A stretch of DNA of 32,000 bases, from positions 150,001 to 182,000 of the forward strand of contig NC_008578.1 of NCBI RefSeq assembly GCF_000015025.1. Direction: 5' to 3'. Below are positions 9,176-17,682 of this stretch, piece by piece. The notes beneath the pieces are model-generated. The model searched no databases. It was not told the DNA's origin and worked only from the letters and a program-made list of their open reading frames with translations. Within the stretch, counting starts at the first letter, position 1; each line of letters begins with the position of its first letter. A program made the translations under genes and the position numbers. The stretch is from Acidothermus cellulolyticus 11B (GTDB lineage: Bacteria > Actinomycetota > Actinomycetes > Acidothermales > Acidothermaceae).

Positions 9176-10086
9176 GGCGTGCTCCTCGACGGCACGAATT
9201 CCTGCGATTGGGCGGTCAATTCGAGGTATACCTGTTCGAGGGACGATCGTTCCTGCCGCAATTCCAGGAGTTTTACCGCCGCCGTCGTCGCGGCGGTCGC
9301 GACGATTCCGGTGTCGTCAACGTCTGCCACGACGAATCCGTCGTCCCGGAGGTGAGCGGCTATTCCCATGCGGTGCAGTTCGGCGACCAGTCGCCCGTTG
9401 TCGTCGGCCCGCGCCAGCACTTCCGGTTTTCCGTACCGCTGGAGAAGGGTCTCCATTTTCTCGTCGGCGACCAGGCGCCCGCGGGCGATGATGATGACGC
9501 GGTCGGCTAGCAGTTGCATTTCGCTCATCAGGTGACTGGACACGAAGACGACGTGACCCTGATCTGCGTAGCTGCGTAGGAAGGTGCGGAACCAGTAGAC
9601 CGCGTGGGCGTCGAGCCCATTCATCGGTTCGTCCAAGAAGAGCACCGGCGGCCGCGCCAGGATCGCCGCCGCCAGACCCAGGCGCTGGGCCATACCGAGG
9701 GAGAAGCCGCCCGCGCGCTGGTTGGCCACGTCGGTTAGACCCACTTCCGCCAGAACCTCATCGATGCGCTGAGGCGACACCGAGTGGATGCGGCCGAGCA
9801 TGTCGAGGTGTGCGCGGGCTCGGCGCTTGGGGTGGAAGGCGCGCGGCTGGAGATGACACCCGACGACCGGCGTGCCAGGCCGGTACGCCGACAGGCTCTT
9901 GCCGGCGAAGAGGGTCTGGCCGCTGCCCCGAGCCAGTCCGAGCATCAGGCGCAGCGTTGTTGTCTTACCAGCACCGTTTGGTCCCAGAAAGCCGGTGATC
10001 GAACCGGGTTCGAGGGTGAACGACAGGTCATCGACGGCAACCCGGCTGCCGAAACGCTTGCCAAGGTGCACGGCTTCCACGTTCAT
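9172..10086 (-). CDS. ABC transporter ATP-binding protein (DrrA/CcmA-like)
   Basis: Walker A GPNGAGKTT, signature FSLGMAQR, Walker B LFLDEP. ATG at 10086 with AAGGGAG 6 nt upstream; the longer start at 10122 is unlikely. Confidence 0.9.
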   Translation of the reverse strand: MNVEAVHLGKRFGSRVAVDDLSFTLEPGSITGFLGPNGAGKTTTLRLMLGLARGSGQTLFAGKSLSAYRPGTPVVGCHLQPRAFHPKRRARAHLDMLGRIHSVSPQRIDEVLAEVGLTDVANQRAGGFSLGMAQRLGLAAAILARPPVLFLDEPMNGLDAHAVYWFRTFLRSYADQGHVVFVSSHLMSEMQLLADRVIIIARGRLVADEKMETLLQRYGKPEVLARADDNGRLVAELHRMGIAAHLRDDGFVVADVDDTGIVATAATTAAVKLLELRQERSSLEQVYLELTAQSQEFVPSRSTP

Positions 10087-10107
10087 CGGCGTCTCCCTTT
10101 TTCCGTC

Positions 10108-10216
10108 CGCGCCTTTTCTCACCCGCGCCTTTTCTCACCCGCGGCTGCTTCTTTGCCACTTGCAAGCGCCCTGTTTCCATCTACAGCCGCCCGTTCCCAC
10201 CGACAGTCGCCCGTTG
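10108..10216. repeat. Tandem repeats in the ABC operon leader: 16 bp x2 perfect, then 20-21 bp x3 imperfect
   Basis: CGCGCCTTTTCTCACC at 10108-10123 and 10124-10139. CCACTTGCAAGCGCCCTGTTT (10156-10176), CCATCTACAGCCGCCCGTTC (10177-10196) and CCACCGACAGTCGCCCGTTG (10197-10216). Confidence 0.9.
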
Positions 10217-10720
10217 AGATCAGGAGCATCAGCTTATCGTCACCGAAGGCCGGGAATCGCCGGGATTGGCCTGCGCCGTGCCGCACGGCCGTGCAATCGC
10301 TCTCACACGGGGTCGGGATTGCTTCCTCTGCGCTCGCATCGCAAATATCGGGTGGATTGAACGCCGGGTCTCTCGCACGTCAGTGCGTCTGGGAGTACGA
10401 CATCCGGGACTAGTCCTTGGATACGTCCTCGTCGGATGCGTCCTCGGGTAGGTCCGGGCTTCATACGTGGGTGCGTCGTTATCAGCTTTCGGTCTGAGGG
10501 CGACGTCCGTCAATTATTCTGCGGCGGCAGAAATGCCATCCCCGAGGAGGCGACGTCCCTCGGCCTGAGGGTGACGTGCGCGTTTGCGGGCTAGGTGACG
10601 GTCGGGCTGCGCCGTTCCAGGAGGAGCACATCGCGCCACGGGCCGTGGTGGCGGCCAAGGCTCTCGCGGGTACCAACGATCACGCGGCGGGTCACGCGTT
10701 TGTCAAACGGTTCAGATCCG

Positions 10721-10793
10721 TGCCCCCGGCAGGAATCGAACCTGCGACACGCGGTTTAGGAAACCGCTGCTCTATCCCCTGAGCTACGAGGGC
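10721..10793 (-). tRNA. tRNA-Arg (anticodon CCT)
   Basis: The reverse complement folds by hand into a 73-nt cloverleaf: acceptor GCCCTCG/CGGGGGC, D arm GCTC-AGGGGATA-GAGC, anticodon arm GCGGT-TTCCTAA-ACCGC, T arm GCAGG-TTCGATT-CCTGC, discriminator A. CCA is not encoded. Confidence 0.9.
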
Positions 10794-10824
10794 GGGACCT
10801 TTTCAGGGTAGAACGGCGGGTGCC

Positions 10825-10939
10825 GGGCCGGATTGCGGTGCGGCGGTTGCGGCCAGCGGGGCCGGATTGCGGTGCGGGAGGGCTCAGTGATCTCAGTAGG
10901 GCTCGGCGGTGCGGGGCTGGGCTCGGCGGTGCGGGGCTG
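10825..10939. repeat. Direct repeats: 19-mer x2 (34-bp period) and a perfect 20-bp tandem x2
   Basis: GGGCCGGATTGCGGTGCGG at 10825-10843 and 10859-10877. GGCTCGGCGGTGCGGGGCTG at 10900-10919 and 10920-10939. Confidence 0.9.
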
Positions 10940-11056
10940 GGCGGCGGTGGCGCCCGCCTGGGCCAGGCGGCGTGCGGGGTTGGACCGCGCGTCGGCGCGG
11001 GCGTCGTCCGCGGCGTCGAGCCGGGACGGCAGTGGCGGCCGTGGCTTGACGAGACG

Positions 11057-11272
11057 TCACCTGCGGCGTTGGCCGTGCGCGCGGCCTGCCCGGCGGATTT
11101 CCCTGATCACTGATCGTTGCCATGAGGCGAGAGAGCGTCCTCGTACTCGGTAGGGGTCGGGACGCCGGGAGCGGGGTCGCGGTGGACGGTTGCGGCTGGC
11201 GAGGACGACCGTCATGGCGACGACCGTGACGAACGCGAGCAGGAAGAGCACCTCGATGACCCGCCAGATCAC
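11057..11272 (-). CDS. Possible small membrane protein (about 71 aa); hypothetical
   Basis: A GTG start gives VIWRVIEVLFLLAFVTVVAMTVVLAS, a single TM helix with uniformly G/C third positions. It is followed by an Arg/Pro-rich tail whose third-position GC drops, so the real end or frame is uncertain. No family recognised. Confidence 0.25.
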   Translation of the reverse strand: MIWRVIEVLFLLAFVTVVAMTVVLASRNRPPRPRSRRPDPYRVRGRSLASWQRSVIREIRRAGRAHGQRRR

Positions 11273-11310
11273 GTATCTCACCTCGCTCGCTGCGGCCGCG
11301 CTTTGATCGG

Positions 11311-11391
11311 TCCTCCCGCCGTGGCTCCAGCCGGGAGCTTGCCTCCCAGCCTCCTCCCGTCGCGGCTCCAGCCGGGGCCCGCCTCCCAGCT
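11311..11391. repeat. Imperfect 40-41 bp tandem repeat x2, with degenerate further copies to about 11470
   Basis: TCCTCCCGCCGTGGCTCCAGCCGGGAGCTTGCCTCCCAGCC (11311-11351) and TCCTCCCGTCGCGGCTCCAGCCGGGGCCCGCCTCCCAGCT (11352-11391). A third unit starts with TCCTCCCGCCGGG at 11392. Confidence 0.85.
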
Positions 11392-11494
11392 TCCTCCCGC
11401 CGGGCATGGCGTTCCGCCCGGCACGGCGTCGGCGAACCGATCGCCAGCTTCGTCCCGCCGGGGCTGGCGCCAGCGAGCCGGCCGGCCGTCTCGC

Positions 11495-12346
11495 CTAGCG
11501 GAATACCACTGTTTTGTTGCCGTCGAGCAGGACGCGGTGTTCGAGATGCCATCGGACCGCCCGTGCCAGGGCGAGGCATTCGAGATCGCGGCCTACTTCG
11601 GCTAGGTGGGCGACGTCGTACGTGTGATCGACTCGGGCTACTTCCTGTTCGATGATGGGACCTTCGTCGAGTGTTGCGGTGACGTAGTGGGCGGTTGCGC
11701 CGATGAGTTTGACGCCGCGTTCGTAGGCCTGGTGGTACGGCCGCGCTCCGCGGAAACTCGGGAGGAATGAGTGGTGAATATTGATGATTTTCCCGGGGAG
11801 GCGTTCGCAGACCGTGGGGGAGAGAATTTGCATGTACCGGGCGAGGACGATGAGGTCGACGCTCGCTTCGTCGACGAGAGCGAGCAGTTTGTCTTCGGCT
11901 TGCGCCTTGGTTTCCGGTGTCACAGGAATGTAATGGTACGGAATTCCATAGGACGCCGCTAAATCCTCGAAATCCCGGTGATTGGAGACCACCGCGACGA
12001 TATCCGCCGGTAAAGCACCGATGTGCCAGCGATACAGCAAGTCGTTGAGACAGTGTCCCAACCGTGACACCATGATGATGGTGCGGGTACGTTCCTCCTC
12101 GTCGTGGATTTGCCAGGTCATCGAAAAGGCTTCGGCGACCGCAGAAAAATCGCGGCGAAGCTCGGCGATACCGATGCGGGGGTCGGTGCATTCAATGTGC
12201 ACGCGCATGAAGAACCGCCGGGTGCTGCGGTCACCGAATTGCTGGCTGTCAAGAATATTCGCTCCGCGGTCGGCGAGGAATCCGCTGACCGCGTGCACGA
12301 TGCCGAGCCGATCCGGGCACGACAAGGTGAGGATGCATCGGTTCAC
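11495..12346 (-). CDS. purU: Formyltetrahydrofolate deformylase
   Basis: N-terminal ACT domain (LTLSCPDRLGIVHAVSGFLADRGANI), then the formyltransferase core (NIHHSFLPSF, GVKLIGATAHYVT, LDEGPII). GTG at 12346 is preceded by GGAGAGGAG. The ATG at 12421 adds 25 codons with poor third-position GC. Confidence 0.9.
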   Translation of the reverse strand: MNRCILTLSCPDRLGIVHAVSGFLADRGANILDSQQFGDRSTRRFFMRVHIECTDPRIGIAELRRDFSAVAEAFSMTWQIHDEEERTRTIIMVSRLGHCLNDLLYRWHIGALPADIVAVVSNHRDFEDLAASYGIPYHYIPVTPETKAQAEDKLLALVDEASVDLIVLARYMQILSPTVCERLPGKIINIHHSFLPSFRGARPYHQAYERGVKLIGATAHYVTATLDEGPIIEQEVARVDHTYDVAHLAEVGRDLECLALARAVRWHLEHRVLLDGNKTVVFR

Positions 12347-12564
12347 CGTGTACCGCTCCTCTCCGCGCGCTCGGCGTCGTCCACCCCTTCGGCCTTGCGC
12401 GGCCGCACGGTCAGCCGGCATGCAGGGTACGGATCGAGCATCGGACGCCGCGGGGTCTTCGACGACGTGACCACGCGGCGTCCGCTGCCCGCCTTGTTAC
12501 TGACCGCGTGTCGCAGAATAGTCCTCGGTTGCACGACGGGACGAGTGACACCGGGAGCACATAG

Positions 12565-12948
12565 GTGATCTTCAAGGCGGTACAAGAGGGTCGCCCGTAT
12601 CCGCCTCATGGATTCACGCAGCGGGAGTGGTCCACGGTGCCGCCGCAACTGGTCCGTCTCGACGAACTGATTACGACGAAACGCGTGCTCGCGCTTGACG
12701 TTCTGCTCGATGACGACTCGACGTTCTACGGCGACCTCTTCCCGCACGTCGTCCGGTGGCGCGGCGAGCTCTACCTCGAAGATGGCCTGCACCGGGCCCT
12801 CCGCGCTGCGCTGCAGCAACGAACGTCGGTCCACGCCCGGGTCCTTGATCTGGATGTTGCTCAGTCCGACGGCGGTCCGGACGCGATGGCCGAGGACGCC
12901 GTCTCGCCGGCGACCGCGGGCCGTCAGGGCTCCTTCGACGAGGACTGA
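12565..12948 (+). CDS. Conserved actinobacterial small protein of unknown function
   Basis: Strong third-position GC. I recall MIFK...RPYP...STFYGDLFPHVV.W.G.LYLEDGLHRA..A as a conserved ~100-aa family, sometimes auto-labelled as a VapB-type antitoxin. No toxin partner is present here. GTG start with GGGAGC upstream. Confidence 0.6.
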   Translation: MIFKAVQEGRPYPPHGFTQREWSTVPPQLVRLDELITTKRVLALDVLLDDDSTFYGDLFPHVVRWRGELYLEDGLHRALRAALQQRTSVHARVLDLDVAQSDGGPDAMAEDAVSPATAGRQGSFDED

Positions 12949-13161
12949 GCCGCCGCGCTCCGGCAGCCCGTCGCGCTCCGGTGGCCGGGACATTCTCCGC
13001 CGGCGCACGCTGTCGGCGTTCGGAGACGGGCGGCCCGCCGCGCTTCGGCGGCCGGGAATCACGGCCGGGCGCTCGGCTCTCGCCGGCCGTCCGGCGCTCC
13101 GGTCCCTTCGGCGGACACTCCCGCGCCCTCGGCCCGGCGCAGCGGCGGCGTACTGGTCGAC

Positions 13162-13578
13162 TTACGACTCTGTTGCCTGCGGCTCGGAGACCGCGGTGCA
13201 GAACGCACAGCGCCGCGCCGCAGCCGGGATAGCGCTCAGACACTCCGGGCAGGTCCGGGTTGGCGTGTCCGGCTCGGGCGCTTTTTGGAAACGAGCCAGC
13301 AGGGCACTGAACGGCAAGACCACGAGGTAGTACACCACGGCGGCGACAATGACAAAGGTGATAACAGCATTGACGAAATCGCCGTAGCTGAAGACGCTGT
13401 GCCGCACGGTGAAGCTGCGATTTGCAAAAAGCCCCTTGCCGCCAATGAGTCCGATGAGCGGCGTCAGGAAATCTTTCACGAACGATTGCACCAATCCAGA
13501 GAACGCTGCTCCAATGACGACGGCGACGGCCAGATCGACGACATTGCCGCGGAGCAAGAATTTCCGGAAACCAGACAT
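13162..13578 (-). CDS. mscL: Large-conductance mechanosensitive channel
   Basis: FLLRGNVVDLAVAVVIGAAF is the hallmark TM1, and a second TM follows (VITFVIVAAVVYYLVVLPF). AAGAAAGGA RBS. The C-terminal tail carries CPEC-X10-CAFC. Confidence 0.9.
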   Translation of the reverse strand: MSGFRKFLLRGNVVDLAVAVVIGAAFSGLVQSFVKDFLTPLIGLIGGKGLFANRSFTVRHSVFSYGDFVNAVITFVIVAAVVYYLVVLPFSALLARFQKAPEPDTPTRTCPECLSAIPAAARRCAFCTAVSEPQATES

Positions 13579-13741
13579 GTCGTGTCCTTTCTTTTCGGTC
13601 TTGACCGGTTGATGCGTAAGCTCGCTGTGCTACTGGTTTGACGGAAGAACCGGTGCGCCGGTTAGCGGCAATCGCGCGTCGGCCCGGCGACGCCGCACCA
13701 GCCGCCCCGTCCGTGCGATCGATGAGAATATACGTGACGCG

Positions 13742-14530
13742 TTACGACGGCGCATCGTTTTGCGGAATCTGGGTCGAATCGTGTACGGCGAGAACAAGCG
13801 GACTCCTCGCCTGCGCTTGAGCGAGCAATCGTGCTTGCCAGGCGCTGGCGGCGACGAAGAGAAGCGCACTGCCGTCCCCCGCAGGGTCCGAGCCGTTCGA
13901 CGGAACAGCGAGCACGTCGACGTCCGTCGCGACAACGACCGCCGGCGTGCCGAGCGGCGCATCGGGGTCTGCGGCCAGCACATCGACCGACATGCCCGGG
14001 GAAAACAGCTTTGTGACCGCGCCGTCAGCGACGTGGATCGGGACGGCTACCAGTCCGGGTGCGGGGTGCGCACCGCCGCCGAACCTCACATCGGTGAGTG
14101 GCTCGCCGCGGCGCACCGGCGAGATGAGCCGCCTGCCGGTCACCTCGACCAGCCGATGCAGGGTTCCGGCCGGTTGCAGGTTCGTTGGAAACGCGGCGAG
14201 CCGGACGTCGGCATCGCGAATTGTCGCTCCCGCCGGCAAGTCCCGCTGAGCGACGACGACGTCAACCGTCGCGGGTGGGCGAGGCGTCAGGCTCTGGACG
14301 ATGCCGCCCACGGCGACCACGAGGCATGCCGCGGCGAGGAGTCGCCGGCGACGCCGCAACAGCCGCCCCGCCCGCTCCAGCGCGTCGCGGAGCCGATCCC
14401 GCCCTGACCGCGGTTGCGCCCGCGACCAATATGCGGCGTCCTGCAATCCCGGCGGCACCGCCGACAACCACCGGAGCGCGTCCAGCGACGCGCGGATCGG
14501 CCGCCGAGGGCGGCGCGCTTGCCAGGTCAC
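13742..14530 (-). CDS. SAF-domain membrane-anchored protein (CpaB/RcpC-like N-terminal part)
   Basis: TM anchor LLAAACLVVAVGG, then a SAF-like segment (VVVAQRDLPAGATIRDADV...VTGRRLISPVRRGEPLT). The start is set at GTG 14530 to avoid overlap with the upstream MTAP gene, and is uncertain. Confidence 0.6.
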   Translation of the reverse strand: MTWQARRPRRPIRASLDALRWLSAVPPGLQDAAYWSRAQPRSGRDRLRDALERAGRLLRRRRRLLAAACLVVAVGGIVQSLTPRPPATVDVVVAQRDLPAGATIRDADVRLAAFPTNLQPAGTLHRLVEVTGRRLISPVRRGEPLTDVRFGGGAHPAPGLVAVPIHVADGAVTKLFSPGMSVDVLAADPDAPLGTPAVVVATDVDVLAVPSNGSDPAGDGSALLFVAASAWQARLLAQAQARSPLVLAVHDSTQIPQNDAPS

Positions 14531-14565
14531 CGCGTGGTTTCCGTAGCGCCGCCGGTGCGGCGTCC

Positions 14566-15387
14566 TCACCGGGAGGCGGCGTGCAACGCCGCAGCGAGAT
14601 CGGGATTTCCTTTCTGCGCACAATCGCACTCTGGCCGCTCGGGCAGCAACTCAATGGCGGTGGCGATCGTCGTACGGATGCGCTCGACGTTCCGGGTGAA
14701 TTGCGCGATCACCTCGGCTTCGGTCACGCCCTCACCCTCGCGGATGCCGGCGTCGACGTCGGTGACGAGAGCAACCGCCGTATAGCACAGGCCCAGTTCG
14801 CGGGCGAGCGCTGCCTCCGGCTGGCCGGTCATGCCTACGATCGACCAGCCCTGGGCGGCGTGGAACCGTGATTCTGCTCGGCTTGAGAAGCGCGGACCTT
14901 CGACCACCACGAGCGTTCCGGTCTCCACGGGCTCCCAGCCGTGTCTCCGCGCCGCATCAATAACCGTGCGCCGGCCGACCGGACAGTACGGGTCGGCGAA
15001 GGGTGCGTGGAAGACCCCGCCCACCCGATCGAAGTAAGTCTGCGGCCGCCCATAGGTGCGGTCGACGACCTGGTCCGGGATAACCAAGCGACCGACGCCG
15101 ATCTCCTCCCGCAGCGACCCCACCGCCGCGACAGCGAGAACCTGTCGAACTCCCAGAGCGTGCAACGCCCAGATGTTCGCCTGGTAGGGCACGAGGTGCG
15201 GCGGAAAGCGATGGTCCTTGCCGTGCCGCGGGATGAATGCCACGGCGCGTCCCGCGATCTTCCCGATAAGAGGCGGCTCGCTCGGCTCGCCGAACGGGGT
15301 GCCGGTGGCAGCGGGCTGCGCGTCGTCGAGTAGTTCGTAAAAACCGGTGCCGCCGAGGACACCGATAACTGCAGATGTCGTTGCCAC
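14566..15387 (-). CDS. mtnP: S-methyl-5'-thioadenosine phosphorylase
   Basis: IGVLGGTGFYEL, FIPRHGKDHRFPPH, NIWALHALGV and VGMTGQPEA are PNP/MTAP family boxes. GTG start with AAGGTGGA upstream. Confidence 0.85.
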   Translation of the reverse strand: MATTSAVIGVLGGTGFYELLDDAQPAATGTPFGEPSEPPLIGKIAGRAVAFIPRHGKDHRFPPHLVPYQANIWALHALGVRQVLAVAAVGSLREEIGVGRLVIPDQVVDRTYGRPQTYFDRVGGVFHAPFADPYCPVGRRTVIDAARRHGWEPVETGTLVVVEGPRFSSRAESRFHAAQGWSIVGMTGQPEAALARELGLCYTAVALVTDVDAGIREGEGVTEAEVIAQFTRNVERIRTTIATAIELLPERPECDCAQKGNPDLAAALHAASR

Positions 15388-15667
15388 GCGTCCACCTTAC
15401 GGAGCCGCCGGTGGGGCGAGGCACGACCGGATGAGCCTGTGGAGATGACCGCCGGCCGCTGTGGATCGAGCGGGGCCGGGTTCCTCGCCGGCATGACCCA
15501 TTGGAGTACCCGCCCTGCTGCGCCGGACGTGACGCGGACCGCATCAACGGAAGCAAGAACTTCGTCGGAGCGCGAGAGAACGACACTCGGACGGGGAATT
15601 ATCGATGCGACACCACGTGACGACGAATTGCTGGTACGCACCTGATCCATAGCGAAGGTGACTATCC

Positions 15668-17668
15668 GTGAGTCGCGAAGTGACCTCAGGACTGCCGCAG
15701 GACAAACCCACCGGCAGCGCACCGCCGCCTCCGCCGCCATGGCGGCGCTGGCTCCTGCCGATAGGCCTGCTCGTGAGCCTGGTGCTGCTGTTTACGTTCC
15801 CGATGCGCCCGTCGTCGGGGAAAACGCTGACGTACTCGGAGTTTCTTACCGCGCTCCACCACCACGACATCAAGACGATAACGATCCACTCCGACGGTGA
15901 AGCATCCGGGCAATTTGCCGACGGGCGGCCGTATTCGACGACGATTCCTATTGGGCTGGCCGGTTCGCAGCTGCTGAACGAACTGGAGAACAACGGCGTG
16001 CAGATCAGCGCGCGACCTCCGGGGCCGTCCCTGGCCTCCCAGGTGCTCGCCGGTGTTCTCTCGTTCCTTCCGTTCCTTCTGCTGCTGGGCCTTTTCGCGT
16101 ACTCCGGACGCCGAGCCGGCGCCGGTTTCCTTGCCGGATTGCCGGGCATCGGCCGGGCGCGGGCGAAGATTTTCACGACCGAGCGTCCGCAGACGCGATT
16201 CTCCGACGTCGCCGGTTATGACGGCGTGAAAGCAGAAATCGCCGAAGTTGTTGATTTCCTGCGTTCCCCGGAACGGTACCGACGGGCCGGCGCGGCCATT
16301 CCACGCGGCGTCCTCATGGTAGGACCGCCCGGAACCGGGAAAACACTCATGGCCCGGGCGGTTGCCGGAGAAGCCGGCGTCCCGTTCCTCTCGGTGACCG
16401 GATCCAGCTTTGTGGAAATGTTCGTCGGTGTTGGCGCATCCCGGGTTCGGGATCTCTTCGAGGAGGCGCGCAAACATGCGCCGTGCATCGTTTTCGTCGA
16501 TGAAATCGATGCGATCGGCCAGCGGCGGGCCGGAGCCGGAACGATCGTCGCCAATGACGAGCGGGAACAGACGCTGAACCAGCTTCTTGCAGAAATGGAT
16601 GGTTTTGAACCCGCGCAAGGCGTGGTCGTCCTTGCCGCCACGAACCGACCGGAAGTGCTGGATCCCGCCCTGCTGCGGCCCGGCCGCTTCGACCGGCAGG
16701 TGACGGTGCCGCTGCCGAGCCAGGCCGATAGGGCCGCGATTCTTCGGGTGCACTGCCGGAACAAGCGGCTCGCCCCCGACGTCGACCTCGACGCCGTCGC
16801 GCGGGCGACGCCGGGCTTCTCGGGTGCTGAATTAGCGAACCTCGTCAACGAGGCGGCAATCGCCGCCGCCCGGGCGGGACGTCGTGATCTCACCGCGGAG
16901 GATTTCCGGTACGCGCGGGATCGGATCATTCTCGGTCGCCGGGAAGACTCCAACGTGCTGTTGCCGTCGGAACGACACGCCGTCGCCGTCCACGAAGCCG
17001 GGCACGCGGTGGTGGCGGCGTGCAGCGAGAACGCCGATCCCGTCGAGCGGGTCACGATTCTGCCTGCGGGCCGTGCACTCGGCGTGACCTTTCAATTGCC
17101 GTTGGCGGAACGGCATTTGTATTCCGAGAGCTATCTGCGTGACTCCCTGGCGGTGCGCCTCGGCGGGCGGGCCGCCGAGCTGGAAATTCTCGGCGAGGCA
17201 TCGACCGGGGCGGTCAACGACTTGTCATCGGCGACCGAGCTGGCCCTCCGGATGGTGCGCGAGTACGGGCTCTCGCCGCGGCTTGGGCCGGTGAGTTATC
17301 CGGTGGGCGGTTCGATGTACCTGCCCGGCGGGCAGGAGTTGACGCCGCGGCCGTACGCCGAAGCCACCCAGCAACGGATCGACCAGGAGGTGGCGGATTT
17401 GCTCCGCGATGCCGAGGAGCGGGCACGGGACATCATTCGCCGAAATCGGCAGGCGGTCGACGAGCTTGCCTCGCTGCTGCTCGAACAGGAGTCGGTGGAC
17501 GGGGCGGTGGTCTATCAGCTTGTCGGAAGGCCGGTCCCCACACCCGAGGAGCATCGCGAGGCTGCCGCCCGGCACGTGCGGCGGCCGGGAATAGCCGCGG
17601 CGACGGGTGCGTCTATGGCTGGTGGAAGCGAGCCGCGGACAGCGGCGAGCTCCGATGATCTGCTGTGA
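15668..17668 (+). CDS. ftsH: ATP-dependent zinc metalloprotease FtsH
   Basis: Two N-terminal TM helices. The AAA+ module has Walker A GPPGTGKT, Walker B VFVDEIDA, pore loop MFVGVG and [23 protein letters not shown]. The M41 protease motif is HEAGHAV. Confidence 0.9.
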   Translation: MSREVTSGLPQDKPTGSAPPPPPPWRRWLLPIGLLVSLVLLFTFPMRPSSGKTLTYSEFLTALHHHDIKTITIHSDGEASGQFADGRPYSTTIPIGLAGSQLLNELENNGVQISARPPGPSLASQVLAGVLSFLPFLLLLGLFAYSGRRAGAGFLAGLPGIGRARAKIFTTERPQTRFSDVAGYDGVKAEIAEVVDFLRSPERYRRAGAAIPRGVLMVGPPGTGKTLMARAVAGEAGVPFLSVTGSSFVEMFVGVGASRVRDLFEEARKHAPCIVFVDEIDAIGQRRAGAGTIVANDEREQTLNQLLAEMDGFEPAQGVVVLAATNRPEVLDPALLRPGRFDRQVTVPLPSQADRAAILRVHCRNKRLAPDVDLDAVARATPGFSGAELANLVNEAAIAAARAGRRDLTAEDFRYARDRIILGRREDSNVLLPSERHAVAVHEAGHAVVAACSENADPVERVTILPAGRALGVTFQLPLAERHLYSESYLRDSLAVRLGGRAAELEILGEASTGAVNDLSSATELALRMVREYGLSPRLGPVSYPVGGSMYLPGGQELTPRPYAEATQQRIDQEVADLLRDAEERARDIIRRNRQAVDELASLLLEQESVDGAVVYQLVGRPVPTPEEHREAAARHVRRPGIAAATGASMAGGSEPRTAASSDDLL

Positions 17669-17682
17669 AGGGGGTGATCACT

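Noticed and set aside
8288-9491. 355-aa and 328-aa plus-strand ORFs opposite the ABC permease and ATPase
   Set aside because: They are antisense to genes with clear ABC motifs and membrane helices. Their translations are Arg/Pro-rich with no recognisable domain.
10721-10793. Integrated mobile element at tRNA-Arg (and likewise at tRNA-Ala, 29159-29235)
   Set aside because: There is no integrase, excisionase or phage/ICE gene. No direct repeat of either tRNA 3' end was seen elsewhere in the window. Flanking genes are housekeeping with uniform composition. Only the long non-coding tract is kept as a finding.
10893-12191. 432-aa ORF on the minus strand spanning the purU region
   Set aside because: It is out of frame with the well-supported purU CDS and is Arg/Pro/Ser-rich low complexity with no motifs. 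This is a typical long spurious ORF in high-GC DNA.
12347-12564. ZTP (pfl) or other folate/purine riboswitch upstream of purU
   Set aside because: I read the minus-strand leader and did not find the conserved ZTP elements as I remember them (such as a CCGCCTGGGC-type 3' box). A covariance-model scan would be needed to exclude it fully.
12565-12948. Type II toxin-antitoxin module
   Set aside because: There is only one small gene and no PIN/VapC or other toxin ORF on either side, so I did not call a TA system.
15686-17055. 355-aa and 279-aa minus-strand ORFs inside ftsH
   Set aside because: They are antisense to a complete FtsH with every catalytic motif intact, and show no independent coding signal.
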